Of a stretch of 32,000 bases of DNA, positions 8,093-16,613 are shown piece by piece (the stretch's first letter is position 1; each line of letters starts with the position of its first letter). Origin of the DNA: Candidatus Nanoarchaeia archaeon (lineage in GTDB: Archaea > Nanobdellota > Nanobdellia > Woesearchaeales > JANQNC01); contig JANQNC010000001.1 in the NCBI GenBank assembly GCA_028279745.1, forward strand, positions 1,200,001 to 1,232,000, in the 5' to 3' direction. The translations under genes and the position numbers were made by a program. Under the pieces are notes generated by a model. It ran no database searches and was not told where the DNA came from. It worked only from the letters and a program-made list of their open reading frames with translations.

Positions 8093-8503
8093 ATGAATAA
8101 GATGGATGGGTTAGTACTGATTGTCAGAGAGATGATTGAGAGCGATGCAGTAGATTTTACAGTGCTTGCTAAAAAAAGCAAAGGTTTTGAAAAGTATTTT
8201 ACTAACACAAAACCAGGAAAAGTTAACTATTATGATAATGGAGTTATGAGTGTTGCAATAGAAGGGATGGGCCTTGATAAACCTTCCACACTAGGTTATT
8301 TACCTATGGGTGGATTTAGTTTTAACACAGGAGCAAACCAAGAAACAATGCACTTTGTAAAGGGAGACTTGTTATGGGCTGTTGGTGGAGATGACTTAAT
8401 AGCACCTAAGGAACATGACACTTTAGTAATACCTCCAAGAAAAGATCTAATTCTAGAAGTAAAAGAACAGAGTATCTATATTTGTGATTATCAGAGGAAG
8501 TGA
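8093..8503 (+). CDS. PpnP/DUF1255-like cupin (putative pyrimidine/purine nucleoside phosphorylase)
   Basis: The ORF opens at 8075 (TTG). The ATG at 8093 lies ~25 nt after the TATA-like CTTATATATCAC. KYFTNTKPGKV...GGFSFNTGANQETMHFVKGDLL...IPPRKDLILEVKEQSIYICDY parallels E. coli PpnP (EYFSGKV...[20 protein letters not shown]...[21 protein letters not shown]). Confidence 0.5.
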   Translation: MNKMDGLVLIVREMIESDAVDFTVLAKKSKGFEKYFTNTKPGKVNYYDNGVMSVAIEGMGLDKPSTLGYLPMGGFSFNTGANQETMHFVKGDLLWAVGGDDLIAPKEHDTLVIPPRKDLILEVKEQSIYICDYQRK

Positions 8504-8544
8504 TTTGAGATAATTTTATATAATTGGATAGAACTAGTTTTATT

Positions 8545-8961
8545 ATGATCAATTGGATAATAATACTGTTTGCTATATTGGTAGTTGTTACAGGAGTTCT
8601 CACTACGGTTTTTGCAAGAAAAAATCCTAAAAAGTTTAATGGAAAATATCCAGAAGGACACTACTTGGGGTTGGGTATTGCAATTGGGATGGGGCCTGGA
8701 ATGGCATTTGGCCTTTTGATGGGAAACATTGCTTTTGGTCCTGCAATTGGTGTTGCAATAGGTTTAGCAATCGGTTCTTTAATAGAAGCAAAAGCAAAAA
8801 AGGAAGGTAAGATTAGACCTTTAACTAAAGAAGAAATGAAAAAGAAGAGAGCTGTTTTGAGGTTTACTTTGATATTTGGATTAATATTGTTGGTGTTGAT
8901 GGTAGTTATGCTAGTTACTATGAAAGGCGTAGATGTTATATATTTTTTTAATCCCTTCTGA
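8545..8961 (+). CDS. Small membrane protein with glycine-zipper segment
   Basis: The ATG at 8545 lies ~25 nt after TTTTATATAA. Three hydrophobic segments and a Gly-rich zipper (GLGIAIGMGPGMAFGLLMGNIAFGPAIGVAIGLAIG). The 3' end overlaps the convergent UDG-like gene by 51 nt. Confidence 0.5.
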   Translation: MINWIIILFAILVVVTGVLTTVFARKNPKKFNGKYPEGHYLGLGIAIGMGPGMAFGLLMGNIAFGPAIGVAIGLAIGSLIEAKAKKEGKIRPLTKEEMKKKRAVLRFTLIFGLILLVLMVVMLVTMKGVDVIYFFNPF

Positions 8962-9561
8962 GAATTCTTTTTGGCCTCCCTGAGCAGGATGCCTTACATA
9001 AATGCAGTTTATGTTCATCTCTTTTAATGCCGTTTCTGCTTTTCTTCCAATTGCTATGATTTGTTTGGGTTTAAACCAGTCGATTAGAACTTTCATGTAA
9101 TGTATATTATTGTTTATCTCTTTTTTAGTGGGGGTTCTATTGGAGAGAGGGATGTTGTTCTTGAAAGGATGAAAAGGCATGATGTCAAATGTTAATGGGA
9201 ATTCGTTTAGTTCTTTCATCATGTTAAATATTGCTTTTGCAGTAATAGAATCTTTAGCTTCTGTAGTTGTAGCTTTATTGAAAGGTTTAGAATTTAATAT
9301 TTTGGATGTTTCTTCAAACTGCTTTTCTGAGACTAGGTAAACTCCACTTCTTCTGCTCCCGTTATAACCGGGAGCTTCAGCAACCCACAAATGTCTAGGT
9401 TTGTTTCTTTCTTGAGCTTCTAAGTATATTTTTAGATTATTGATCCTTATCTTATCTGCATTTTTTAGATCGTGAAGTTTACATATATCTTTGAAAGGGT
9501 TGAATAAGAGTTTTTGATCTTTTTGGGTAGATAGTTGGGATGTGAATTCTTCAGCGTTCAT
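8911..9561 (-). CDS. Uracil-DNA glycosylase superfamily protein
   Basis: 216 aa. LWVAEAPGYNGSRRSGV resembles UDG motif A (G-E-A-P-G ... G). C-terminal VRHPAQGG resembles motif B (HPS/HPA). Confidence 0.65.
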   Translation of the reverse strand: MNAEEFTSQLSTQKDQKLLFNPFKDICKLHDLKNADKIRINNLKIYLEAQERNKPRHLWVAEAPGYNGSRRSGVYLVSEKQFEETSKILNSKPFNKATTTEAKDSITAKAIFNMMKELNEFPLTFDIMPFHPFKNNIPLSNRTPTKKEINNNIHYMKVLIDWFKPKQIIAIGRKAETALKEMNINCIYVRHPAQGGQKEFSEGIKKIYNIYAFHSN

Positions 9562-9644
9562 ATTTTTCTTTTGAGTAATAGAGATATATAAAACATAAGT
9601 TTTTTATATTTGGTTTTTAGTATGTTGATTAGGGGTGGTCAGTC

Positions 9645-10004
9645 ATGTTAGAAATTCAAACTAAAGTCAAAGATTTTAATGATGTTCGGGGTTGGAAAAG
9701 ACCTGATAAATTGAAAGATTTACTTCTTAATATGAATGAGGAGATAGGTGAATTCTGGAATCTGTTTAAGTTTACAGATTTTGAAGACCAGCAGAAGCTT
9801 ATTGAAGAGAATAAGGCAGAAGCAGAAGATTTTATTGGAGACTTAGGATATCTGATGTTGAAAATTGCTTACTTGTATGACATAGATGCAGAGAAAGCTG
9901 TGAATGCTACACTTGCAGAGTATGAAGAAAGATTCCCCGTTGATAAGGTTAAAGGTAAACAGACAAATGTTAGAATTGGAGGGATTGATTTGAAGCGGGG
10001 CTAA
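9645..10004 (+). CDS. MazG-like nucleoside triphosphate pyrophosphohydrolase
   Basis: 119 aa. Has the E-E-x-x-E (NEEIGEFW) and E-x-x-D (AEDFIGDLGYLMLKIA) metal-binding helices typical of all-alpha MazG/dCTPase-type NTP-PPases. Confidence 0.7.
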   Translation: MLEIQTKVKDFNDVRGWKRPDKLKDLLLNMNEEIGEFWNLFKFTDFEDQQKLIEENKAEAEDFIGDLGYLMLKIAYLYDIDAEKAVNATLAEYEERFPVDKVKGKQTNVRIGGIDLKRG

Positions 10005-10119
10005 TGCTTGAATTCGAGGGTTTGAGATGGTTGAATTCTGAGGTTTTAGAGTGTGTGTTGTCCCTGTATAGTGGTTAAAAATAGAAAGGTTTATATACTC
10101 CTGCAATACCCTTCTAATA

Positions 10120-10899
10120 ATGACAATCGCAGGCATATTGAATAATCTTGTAGAAGGATTAGGTAGGCTATTTTTAGGTGAGACTTATCAAGCAGAAGAA
10201 TGGCAAAAAATACCTGAAGATAACTATCTAGATAATGCATCAGAAAAAATTAAAACATTTAAACGCGATTGGCAGCTAAGTAAAGAAGCTAAAATACTCA
10301 ACTCTCATGCAAAATATCAAAAAAAGAAAGACCTTGACTTACAGCTTTACACTATCGAAGTTACAGGTGATTTTTACAGGTTAAAATATACTGATCCAGG
10401 AAATGCCGTCTTCCTTATGTATGGTATCAAACCAGATGAACATACCTACAGAACGATGGATGGAAAACCAACAACACTTGAGGGAGCCTTAGAAGTTGGT
10501 CGGAGTGTAGATGGAGAACAAGCAATTCAAGAACTAATGAATAGTCTAATGGAAACCACATTTGATCATAGAGCAAATGTTGGAGAATCAAGTGCAAGAC
10601 TAGAATTCAAAAAAAGTCCTCGTAAAAAAGAAATTTGTTATAGGCTTTTACGACCATTTCAATATCTTCCCAAAGAAGATTCAGGATATTCAGAAATGCT
10701 AAAACAAGTATTTAATGGAGATAATAATTTTTCTATCTACAAAGCAGTGCATCTTGCAGATCAAGTAACTGATTATTTCAAAGGAGGTCCTAACGGAAGC
10801 AATGAATTGTCTGTGTTAGACCTAAATTCTGTGATGGATCTATTTTTCCATAGCAATTCTATGGAAGAAAACAATAATTTTGATGAGAACATACTTTAA
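10120..10899 (+). CDS. Hypothetical protein
   Basis: 259-aa ORF with TATA-like GTTTATATAC ~27 nt upstream. No recognisable motifs. Confidence 0.5.
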   Translation: MTIAGILNNLVEGLGRLFLGETYQAEEWQKIPEDNYLDNASEKIKTFKRDWQLSKEAKILNSHAKYQKKKDLDLQLYTIEVTGDFYRLKYTDPGNAVFLMYGIKPDEHTYRTMDGKPTTLEGALEVGRSVDGEQAIQELMNSLMETTFDHRANVGESSARLEFKKSPRKKEICYRLLRPFQYLPKEDSGYSEMLKQVFNGDNNFSIYKAVHLADQVTDYFKGGPNGSNELSVLDLNSVMDLFFHSNSMEENNNFDENIL

Positions 10900-11011
10900 T
10901 TTAGAAATCTTTTTGTTTGTTTGGATGATATTGTTGTTATTGCAGAAGATGTTCGAGAGATTTCTAGGGAATGGTTTGATGGTTGAGAGCTTACTAAATA
11001 AGAATAATTGA

Positions 11012-11899
11012 TTAGGATGTCGTTTTTTCTTTTTTGATTCTCTTATTAGCAAGTTCACAATATTCCTTAGAGATATCATACCCTACAAATTTTCTGTTTA
11101 ATTTCATTGCGGCTATTGCGGTGGTTCCAACTCCCATAAAAGGATCTAAAACTAATTCATTTTTAAAAGTATATAATTGAATTAATCTTCTGGGTAATTC
11201 AATTGGGAATGGTGCAGGATGTTTAACTCTTTTTGCAGATTCAGTATTAAATTTCCATATACTTTTTGTAAGTTCTAAAAATTCATCTCTTGTAATTGTG
11301 TTAATTCTTTTGTTAGGATTATATCTTTTCATTGTATCTTTTGAAAAAATCATGATGTATTCGTGAGTGTCTCTCAGAGTAGGATTTGAAGCTGATTGCC
11401 AGCTTCCCCACGCACACGATCCCCCTGCACTTGCCCCCTTTTCCCATATGACTTCTCCTCTCATGATGAATCCTAAATCATGCATAATCCTAATAATTTC
11501 TGAATTGAGTGAGATATAAGGTTTTCTTCCAATATTGGCAATGTTTATTGCAACTCTCCCTCCAGGCACTAAAACTCTATGTGTTTCTTTAAATACACCT
11601 CTTAACATATTGAAATATTCTTCAAGGGAAAGATTGTTATCATAGTCTTTGCCAACATTATAAGGGGGAGAGGTAACTATCAGATGAACAGAACTGTCAG
11701 GCAGCTCGTTCATTTTTTCACTGGATTTACAAAATATTTTATTTAAGTTTTTTTGTGGAATCTTGTTTTCAATGTAATCAACTTTTTCTTTAGGTATGTT
11801 AATCTTTGAATATATTTTTTTATTATAAAATTCAGAAGAATCATGACTAAATCTCCCCGAACTTCCAAAACTTCTTGTCTTTGTCTTTTTTTTAATCAT
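11012..11899 (-). CDS. Beta-class DNA methyltransferase (N4-cytosine or N6-adenine), type II R-M modification subunit
   Basis: 295 aa. Catalytic motif IV TSPPY (HLIVTSPPYNVGKDYD) precedes the AdoMet motif I (VLDPFMGVGTTAIAA), which is the beta-class order. SPPY favours N4-cytosine specificity. Confidence 0.9.
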   Translation of the reverse strand: MIKKKTKTRSFGSSGRFSHDSSEFYNKKIYSKINIPKEKVDYIENKIPQKNLNKIFCKSSEKMNELPDSSVHLIVTSPPYNVGKDYDNNLSLEEYFNMLRGVFKETHRVLVPGGRVAINIANIGRKPYISLNSEIIRIMHDLGFIMRGEVIWEKGASAGGSCAWGSWQSASNPTLRDTHEYIMIFSKDTMKRYNPNKRINTITRDEFLELTKSIWKFNTESAKRVKHPAPFPIELPRRLIQLYTFKNELVLDPFMGVGTTAIAAMKLNRKFVGYDISKEYCELANKRIKKEKTTS

Positions 11900-12797
11900 C
11901 TTTTCTAATCAGCTCCAAGAATTTTTCTGCCTTCTTTTCAAGAGAGTCCTCTTTGTTTGCTGTAACTATGATTTCGCCAAGTTGCTTTATGGATCTCATG
12001 GATGAAAAGAATACTAATTCTTGATTTAATAGTTCATTTAATTTGCCAATTAGTTCATTGTAAGAGTCAATTCTTAAAAATCCCTGTTCTTTTGTTTCTT
12101 TAATTGTATCAATTTTGTCTCTTGGTTTGGAATTAACTGACCAGAACCCTTGTATAATTCCATTTTTCTTAAGGTGATCAACTTTTTCATAATAACTTTT
12201 AGTTATGGGGGTGTTTCCTAAAATAACAATTGGTATTTTGTTTGCACCAGATCCAGATACCCTAATATTAATGCTCTTACCAATTGCTTTTAACATACTA
12301 TCTGATCTTAACAAACCAGGATTTCCTTGATGGGTATTGAAATCTCCAAGTTCTTTATACTTTTTATTATCATACTCCCAATTCCAAACAACGGACATCT
12401 TGACTTCAAAAATAACTATAATATCCTTAGCATTCTGTACAATTGAGTCTTTTTTACATAATACCACATCCCCGGGAGATTGTTTGGTTAATCCAATCTC
12501 TTCACAAATAACTCCTTGAATTGCAAAAAGACCGTTGGTTTGTGCATAATCTTTTAGAAGATCAACAGTCCATTTTTCTGTAAAATTTCCAATTAGTGAG
12601 TTTCTACTTTGTAAAGTTGATTTTGGTCCATCATAACCTTTTGGCCAATATGCAACAAATTTTCCATCCTTTGTTTTATAGAACAGTTGTTCTTTGGTAG
12701 TTAAATTAAGAGCAGTTGTGAAGAATTTTTTCTCTGTTTGTTGATCCCACAGCTTAACCATTTTATTTACTTTTCTCTTTATATAACTTTTTTTCAT
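11892..12797 (-). CDS. Putative type II restriction endonuclease (PD-(D/E)XK)
   Basis: 301 aa, lying immediately upstream of the methyltransferase and overlapping it by 8 nt (ATGATTAA). Candidate catalytic core PGDVVL ... IVIFEVKMS (D ... E-x-K). Confidence 0.6.
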   Translation of the reverse strand: MKKSYIKRKVNKMVKLWDQQTEKKFFTTALNLTTKEQLFYKTKDGKFVAYWPKGYDGPKSTLQSRNSLIGNFTEKWTVDLLKDYAQTNGLFAIQGVICEEIGLTKQSPGDVVLCKKDSIVQNAKDIIVIFEVKMSVVWNWEYDNKKYKELGDFNTHQGNPGLLRSDSMLKAIGKSINIRVSGSGANKIPIVILGNTPITKSYYEKVDHLKKNGIIQGFWSVNSKPRDKIDTIKETKEQGFLRIDSYNELIGKLNELLNQELVFFSSMRSIKQLGEIIVTANKEDSLEKKAEKFLELIRKDD

Positions 12798-12892
12798 TTT
12801 GAATGTTCTTGAGTATTTTAAGATTTAAAAACTTATCTAAAACCTATTTATAAAACGAAACATCTAAATATCTAGATCTGTTTTTGTGTCTT

Positions 12893-14329
12893 ATGTCGCT
12901 ACTAACAAAATCAAAGTATATGAATGGATTACAATGTCTTAGGTTATTGTGGTTTGCGAATAAGAAGCTTCTTCCTGAGATTGATTTGGCAACTGAACAT
13001 AAATTCTCACAAGGTCATGATTTTGAAGAATATGTAAAAAAACTGTTTCCTGAAGGTGTTGACCTAAAAGATCAAGAGTTCAAAGAAAACATAGACAACA
13101 CTAAAGAACAAATAGAAAATAAAAAAACAATCTTTGAAGCAGGTATTATTGTAGAAAACTATTTCATTAGAGCAGATATTCTAAAACCAAACGATGACGG
13201 TTGGGATTTATACGAAATAAAATCAACAACTCAAGTAAAACCTCAACATTTTCCGGATTTAGCTTTTCAAAAGTTTGTTTGTGAAAAAGCAGGCCTTAAG
13301 ATAAATAGGTGTTATCTCATACACTTAGATAATGAGTATGTTAAGAATGGAGAAATTGATCCAGAAAAACTTACTAAACAGGAAGATGTAACAAATGATG
13401 TGAATCAAGTTACTGATGTTGAGAAAAATGCGATTAAGTTCTTAGAAATCATGGATCAAGAACATCCTCCAGATCACTGCATATCAAAACAATGCAATAA
13501 ACCTTATGACTGTCCTTTAAAGAATGAGTGTTATATGGATCTTCCAAAATATAATGTATTACAGTTAACTAATTGGAGAGTTTATTGGAAACTATTAGAT
13601 GAAGGAATAGAAGATATCAAAGATATTCCGAAAGGCACTAAATTAACAGATAAAGATCAAATAATAATAGAATCTATTGAGAAAAATAAACCTATAATAT
13701 CCAAAGAACACATAAAACACTTTCTTAAGTCATTACACTACCCTTTATATCATTTTGATTTTGAAACTTTTGACACAGCAGTACCAATATTTGACAAATC
13801 AAGACCATATCAAAAAATACCTTTCCAATATTCTTTACATATAGAACAAGAAGATGGAACAGTAGAACATAAAGAATTTTTATCAGAAGGTGGAGATCCA
13901 AGACCTAAACTTCTTGAACAGATGAAAACTGATTTAGAAGGAACAGGAGATATTATTGTATTCAACAAATCATTTGAGATTTCAGTTATGAAAAAACTAG
14001 CAGAAGATTTTCCGGAACACTCAGACTGGTTATTGAAAGCAATAGATAGAATAGTTGATCTAGCAGATCCATTCAGAGCGTTTTATTATTATAACAAATC
14101 ACAAAAAGGATCTTATTCAATAAAGAAAGTACTACCTGCAATAACTGGTAAAAGCTATTCTGAGTTGGAGATTGATAACGGTGCAGAAGCAAGCATGCTT
14201 TATTTCTATAGCCATATAGTGCCTAAACTAGAGAATAAGGAAGAAATTCGGAGAAACCTTTTGAAATATTGTAATTTAGACACTGAAGGCATGGTTTGGA
14301 TTGTTGATGGGTTGAAGAAGTTGGTTTAG
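12893..14329 (+). CDS. DUF2779 protein (Cas4/RecB-like PD-(D/E)XK nuclease N-domain + DEDD-like exonuclease-fold C-domain)
   Basis: The ORF opens at 12884 (TTG) and the first ATG is at 12893. N-terminal SKYMNGLQCLRLLWF, the nuclease core ADILKP...WDLYEIKSTT and a Cys cluster (HCISKQCNKPYDCPLKNEC) fit a Cas4-like Fe-S nuclease. The later YHFDFETF...IPFQYSLH segment is the DUF2779 hallmark. Confidence 0.7.
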   Translation: MSLLTKSKYMNGLQCLRLLWFANKKLLPEIDLATEHKFSQGHDFEEYVKKLFPEGVDLKDQEFKENIDNTKEQIENKKTIFEAGIIVENYFIRADILKPNDDGWDLYEIKSTTQVKPQHFPDLAFQKFVCEKAGLKINRCYLIHLDNEYVKNGEIDPEKLTKQEDVTNDVNQVTDVEKNAIKFLEIMDQEHPPDHCISKQCNKPYDCPLKNECYMDLPKYNVLQLTNWRVYWKLLDEGIEDIKDIPKGTKLTDKDQIIIESIEKNKPIISKEHIKHFLKSLHYPLYHFDFETFDTAVPIFDKSRPYQKIPFQYSLHIEQEDGTVEHKEFLSEGGDPRPKLLEQMKTDLEGTGDIIVFNKSFEISVMKKLAEDFPEHSDWLLKAIDRIVDLADPFRAFYYYNKSQKGSYSIKKVLPAITGKSYSELEIDNGAEASMLYFYSHIVPKLENKEEIRRNLLKYCNLDTEGMVWIVDGLKKLV

Positions 14330-14342
14330 AACTCTTTGAAAA

Positions 14343-14642
14343 CTATTCTTTTTTAGATGAAGAATTATATTGATTTATTGAATAATAGAATAAGCTCATT
14401 AATGCGATAGACCCTCCCCAAAATACATACATTCTTTGATCATAAATCCCAGTCATAAAATTTATGGCATGCGTGAATACTGCCACAATTGTTCCCCCAA
14501 TTAAAGATAAGAAGAGACTTTTAGAATCTTTGGGATAGCGTATTACCATAATAACCATAAACTGAAAACCATTATATAAACCTATCCAAAACCTTTTTTT
14601 GATTCTTAGATTTAAAAACCTATCTGTAAAAGGGAAGGGCAT
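14343..14642 (-). CDS. Small membrane protein
   Basis: 99 aa with three hydrophobic segments and a TATA-like box ~27 nt upstream. Confidence 0.4.
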   Translation of the reverse strand: MPFPFTDRFLNLRIKKRFWIGLYNGFQFMVIMVIRYPKDSKSLFLSLIGGTIVAVFTHAINFMTGIYDQRMYVFWGGSIALMSLFYYSINQYNSSSKKE

Positions 14643-14698
14643 TCTGCTAAATGAGGAAAATAATAGGATTTAAATATTGTGTATAAATAAACAAGTTT

Positions 14699-15781
14699 AT
14701 GACTGATGTCCACTTAGATCCTGCAATTTTTAAGGTAGCTAACAGCACAATCTCAAATGTGCTGCCTGATATAACGCCTTTTATTCCAGACGTGTCTGCT
14801 TTAATTCCAAAAGATACACTTTCACAGTTTGAGAAAATTACGAAAATGAATGATTTAATCATGGAACAAATTTCCAAACCCAGTCTTTTCTTAAAAGAAT
14901 TTGATAAAATCTCAGAATTAAATAAATTACTTATTCCAAAATTTCATGTACCTGAATCAATAATTACACAAATCCGACACGCTGCCGACGTAAGCATGGT
15001 GGCAGCAGCAAGTTTTCAGATTCCCAGCGGCACATTAAAAGCAATGGAGAACATTCAAAAAATAAATTTAGATTGTCTTTATCAGGGGAGTAAAGCTTTA
15101 GAAATTCTGTCTTCAATAAATCCGACGTTCTTATCATCAATAAATCCGATATTTAACATAGGTTTTGATTGGGGGGGTATAACTGAGTCTATTTCAAAAT
15201 CTTTTGATTTTACTAAAGAAAAAGAATTTAGCAAATTTGAATATAACTGGGCGGGGTTCTTAACCCTCAAAGAATTAGAAAAGTTATATGAACTGTGGAA
15301 AAAGGGCGAGACAGAAAAAGTTAAAGGTTTTTTTTATGAATGGTTTTCTGATAAAGGGAAACTAGATGCCTTAATACATGATCTTGGGAAAAACAAATTA
15401 TTTACCCCAAGAATGCATATTTTAGAAAAAGCATTAAGTGCACACCTAGACTCTAAATATGAGTTATCGATACCGATCTTATTATCGCAAATAGACGGAA
15501 TATTCATTGAACGACACAAAGATTTAGATGAAAAAATTCATGCACACCCTAAATGTAAAAGTTGCGGGAAAAAAATAACCATTAATCTACCGCTTACTGC
15601 AAGTAATATAAGTAAGCATATTCTAGGAAAACAGAACAATTATTTACCCTACTTCTTAGAACACATTATAGACACATTTGAAAATCTTAGAAATGACATC
15701 TTACATGGTAAAAAATTAGATTATGCTGATAAAGATTTATCCACTAAGTTAATAATAACTTTGTTAGAACTTAATATTTAA
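14699..15781 (+). CDS. Hypothetical protein with C-terminal HEPN-like R-x4-H motif
   Basis: 360 aa. The C-terminal helical region ends with ENLRNDILHGKKL (R331-x4-H336, nt ~15689-15706), preceded by ILEKALSAHLDSKYELSIPILLSQIDGIFIE. This fits the two-helix HEPN arrangement. The N-terminal 230 aa are unrecognised. Confidence 0.5.
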   Translation: MTDVHLDPAIFKVANSTISNVLPDITPFIPDVSALIPKDTLSQFEKITKMNDLIMEQISKPSLFLKEFDKISELNKLLIPKFHVPESIITQIRHAADVSMVAAASFQIPSGTLKAMENIQKINLDCLYQGSKALEILSSINPTFLSSINPIFNIGFDWGGITESISKSFDFTKEKEFSKFEYNWAGFLTLKELEKLYELWKKGETEKVKGFFYEWFSDKGKLDALIHDLGKNKLFTPRMHILEKALSAHLDSKYELSIPILLSQIDGIFIERHKDLDEKIHAHPKCKSCGKKITINLPLTASNISKHILGKQNNYLPYFLEHIIDTFENLRNDILHGKKLDYADKDLSTKLIITLLELNI

Positions 15782-15798
15782 AGATTAATTATCTAACC

Positions 15799-16536
15799 TC
15801 ACTCAACCTCAACGCCAATAGGACAATGATCTGATCCTAGAACATCTTTTAGAATAAAACCATTCTTTAACTTAACACCTTTAGTTAAGAAGTAATCAAT
15901 ACGCCAACCAATATTCCGAGAACGAGCGTTATGCATGTAAGGCCACCAAGTGTACTGATCGGAAGAAGAATCAAACTCTCGGAAACTATCAACAAAACCT
16001 TTCTTAAGAAAATTATCGAACCAGTTTCTTTCCTGTTCTGTGAAACCTGCGTTTTTTACGTTTTGTTTACTATTCTTAAGATCAATCTCTTTATGAGCAA
16101 CATTAAAATCAGCCGCAATTATTATTGGCTTAGAGAATTGTTCACAAAACTTCTCAAACTTCTTATTAAAGTCAAGTTTGTAATCAAGTCTAATAAGTTC
16201 TCTATGTGAATGAGGGAAGTAAGCATTAATAAGAACAAATTTATTGAACTCTAATGTTAAGACTCTACCTTCTGTATCTTTATCATCAATTCCATAAATA
16301 ACATTAAGAGGTTTAAGTCTAGTTATAGTCATAACACCACTATAACCTTTTCTTTCAGCAGAAGACAAAAATATTCCGTATCTCTCTAAATTCTTTAATT
16401 CAGAAGGAAGTTGTTCTTTAGTAGCTTTAATCTCTTGTAAACAAAGAATATCTGGTTTTGTATTATTAAACCAATCCATAAAACCTTTTTTGCAGACAGC
16501 TCTAACACCAGCAACATTCCATGAGTATAGTTTCAT
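15799..16536 (-). CDS. xth: Exodeoxyribonuclease III / AP endonuclease
   Basis: 245 aa. MKLYSWNVAGVRA, DILCLQEIK, C-terminal WRIDYFL and GSDHCPIGVEV are canonical ExoIII/APE1-family motifs. Confidence 0.9.
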   Translation of the reverse strand: MKLYSWNVAGVRAVCKKGFMDWFNNTKPDILCLQEIKATKEQLPSELKNLERYGIFLSSAERKGYSGVMTITRLKPLNVIYGIDDKDTEGRVLTLEFNKFVLINAYFPHSHRELIRLDYKLDFNKKFEKFCEQFSKPIIIAADFNVAHKEIDLKNSKQNVKNAGFTEQERNWFDNFLKKGFVDSFREFDSSSDQYTWWPYMHNARSRNIGWRIDYFLTKGVKLKNGFILKDVLGSDHCPIGVEVE

Positions 16537-16581
16537 GTTGGATAGAATTGGAGTGTTGTATAAAAATCTTTGTTTAGAAAT

Positions 16582-16607
16582 TTAAGTGTTCAAATAAACG
16601 TCGGGTT
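16582..16607. repeat. Conserved intergenic motif, copy 1
   Basis: TTAAGTGTTCAAATAAACGTCGGGTT matches 17949-17974 at 25 of 26 positions, with 21 consecutive identities. It lies a few nt beyond the stop of the minus-strand gene 16614..17126 and is followed by T7 on the plus strand. Confidence 0.6.
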
Positions 16608-16613
16608 TTTTTA

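Noticed and set aside
10008-10051. Imperfect tandem repeat TTGAATTC(T)GAGG(G/T)TTT.. downstream of the MazG-like gene, considered as a C/D-box sRNA or operator
   Set aside because: A CTGA D-box-like element is present, but there is no RUGAUGA C box and no terminal stem. The two copies match at only ~15 of 21 positions. The evidence is insufficient.
14647-14877. 76-aa minus-strand ORF overlapping the start of the HEPN-motif gene; also 9843..10136, 10840..11079, 30286..30480 and 31496..31693
   Set aside because: These are low-complexity or hydrophobic translations that overlap better-supported genes or promoters on the other strand. None has a promoter, SD geometry or recognisable motifs.
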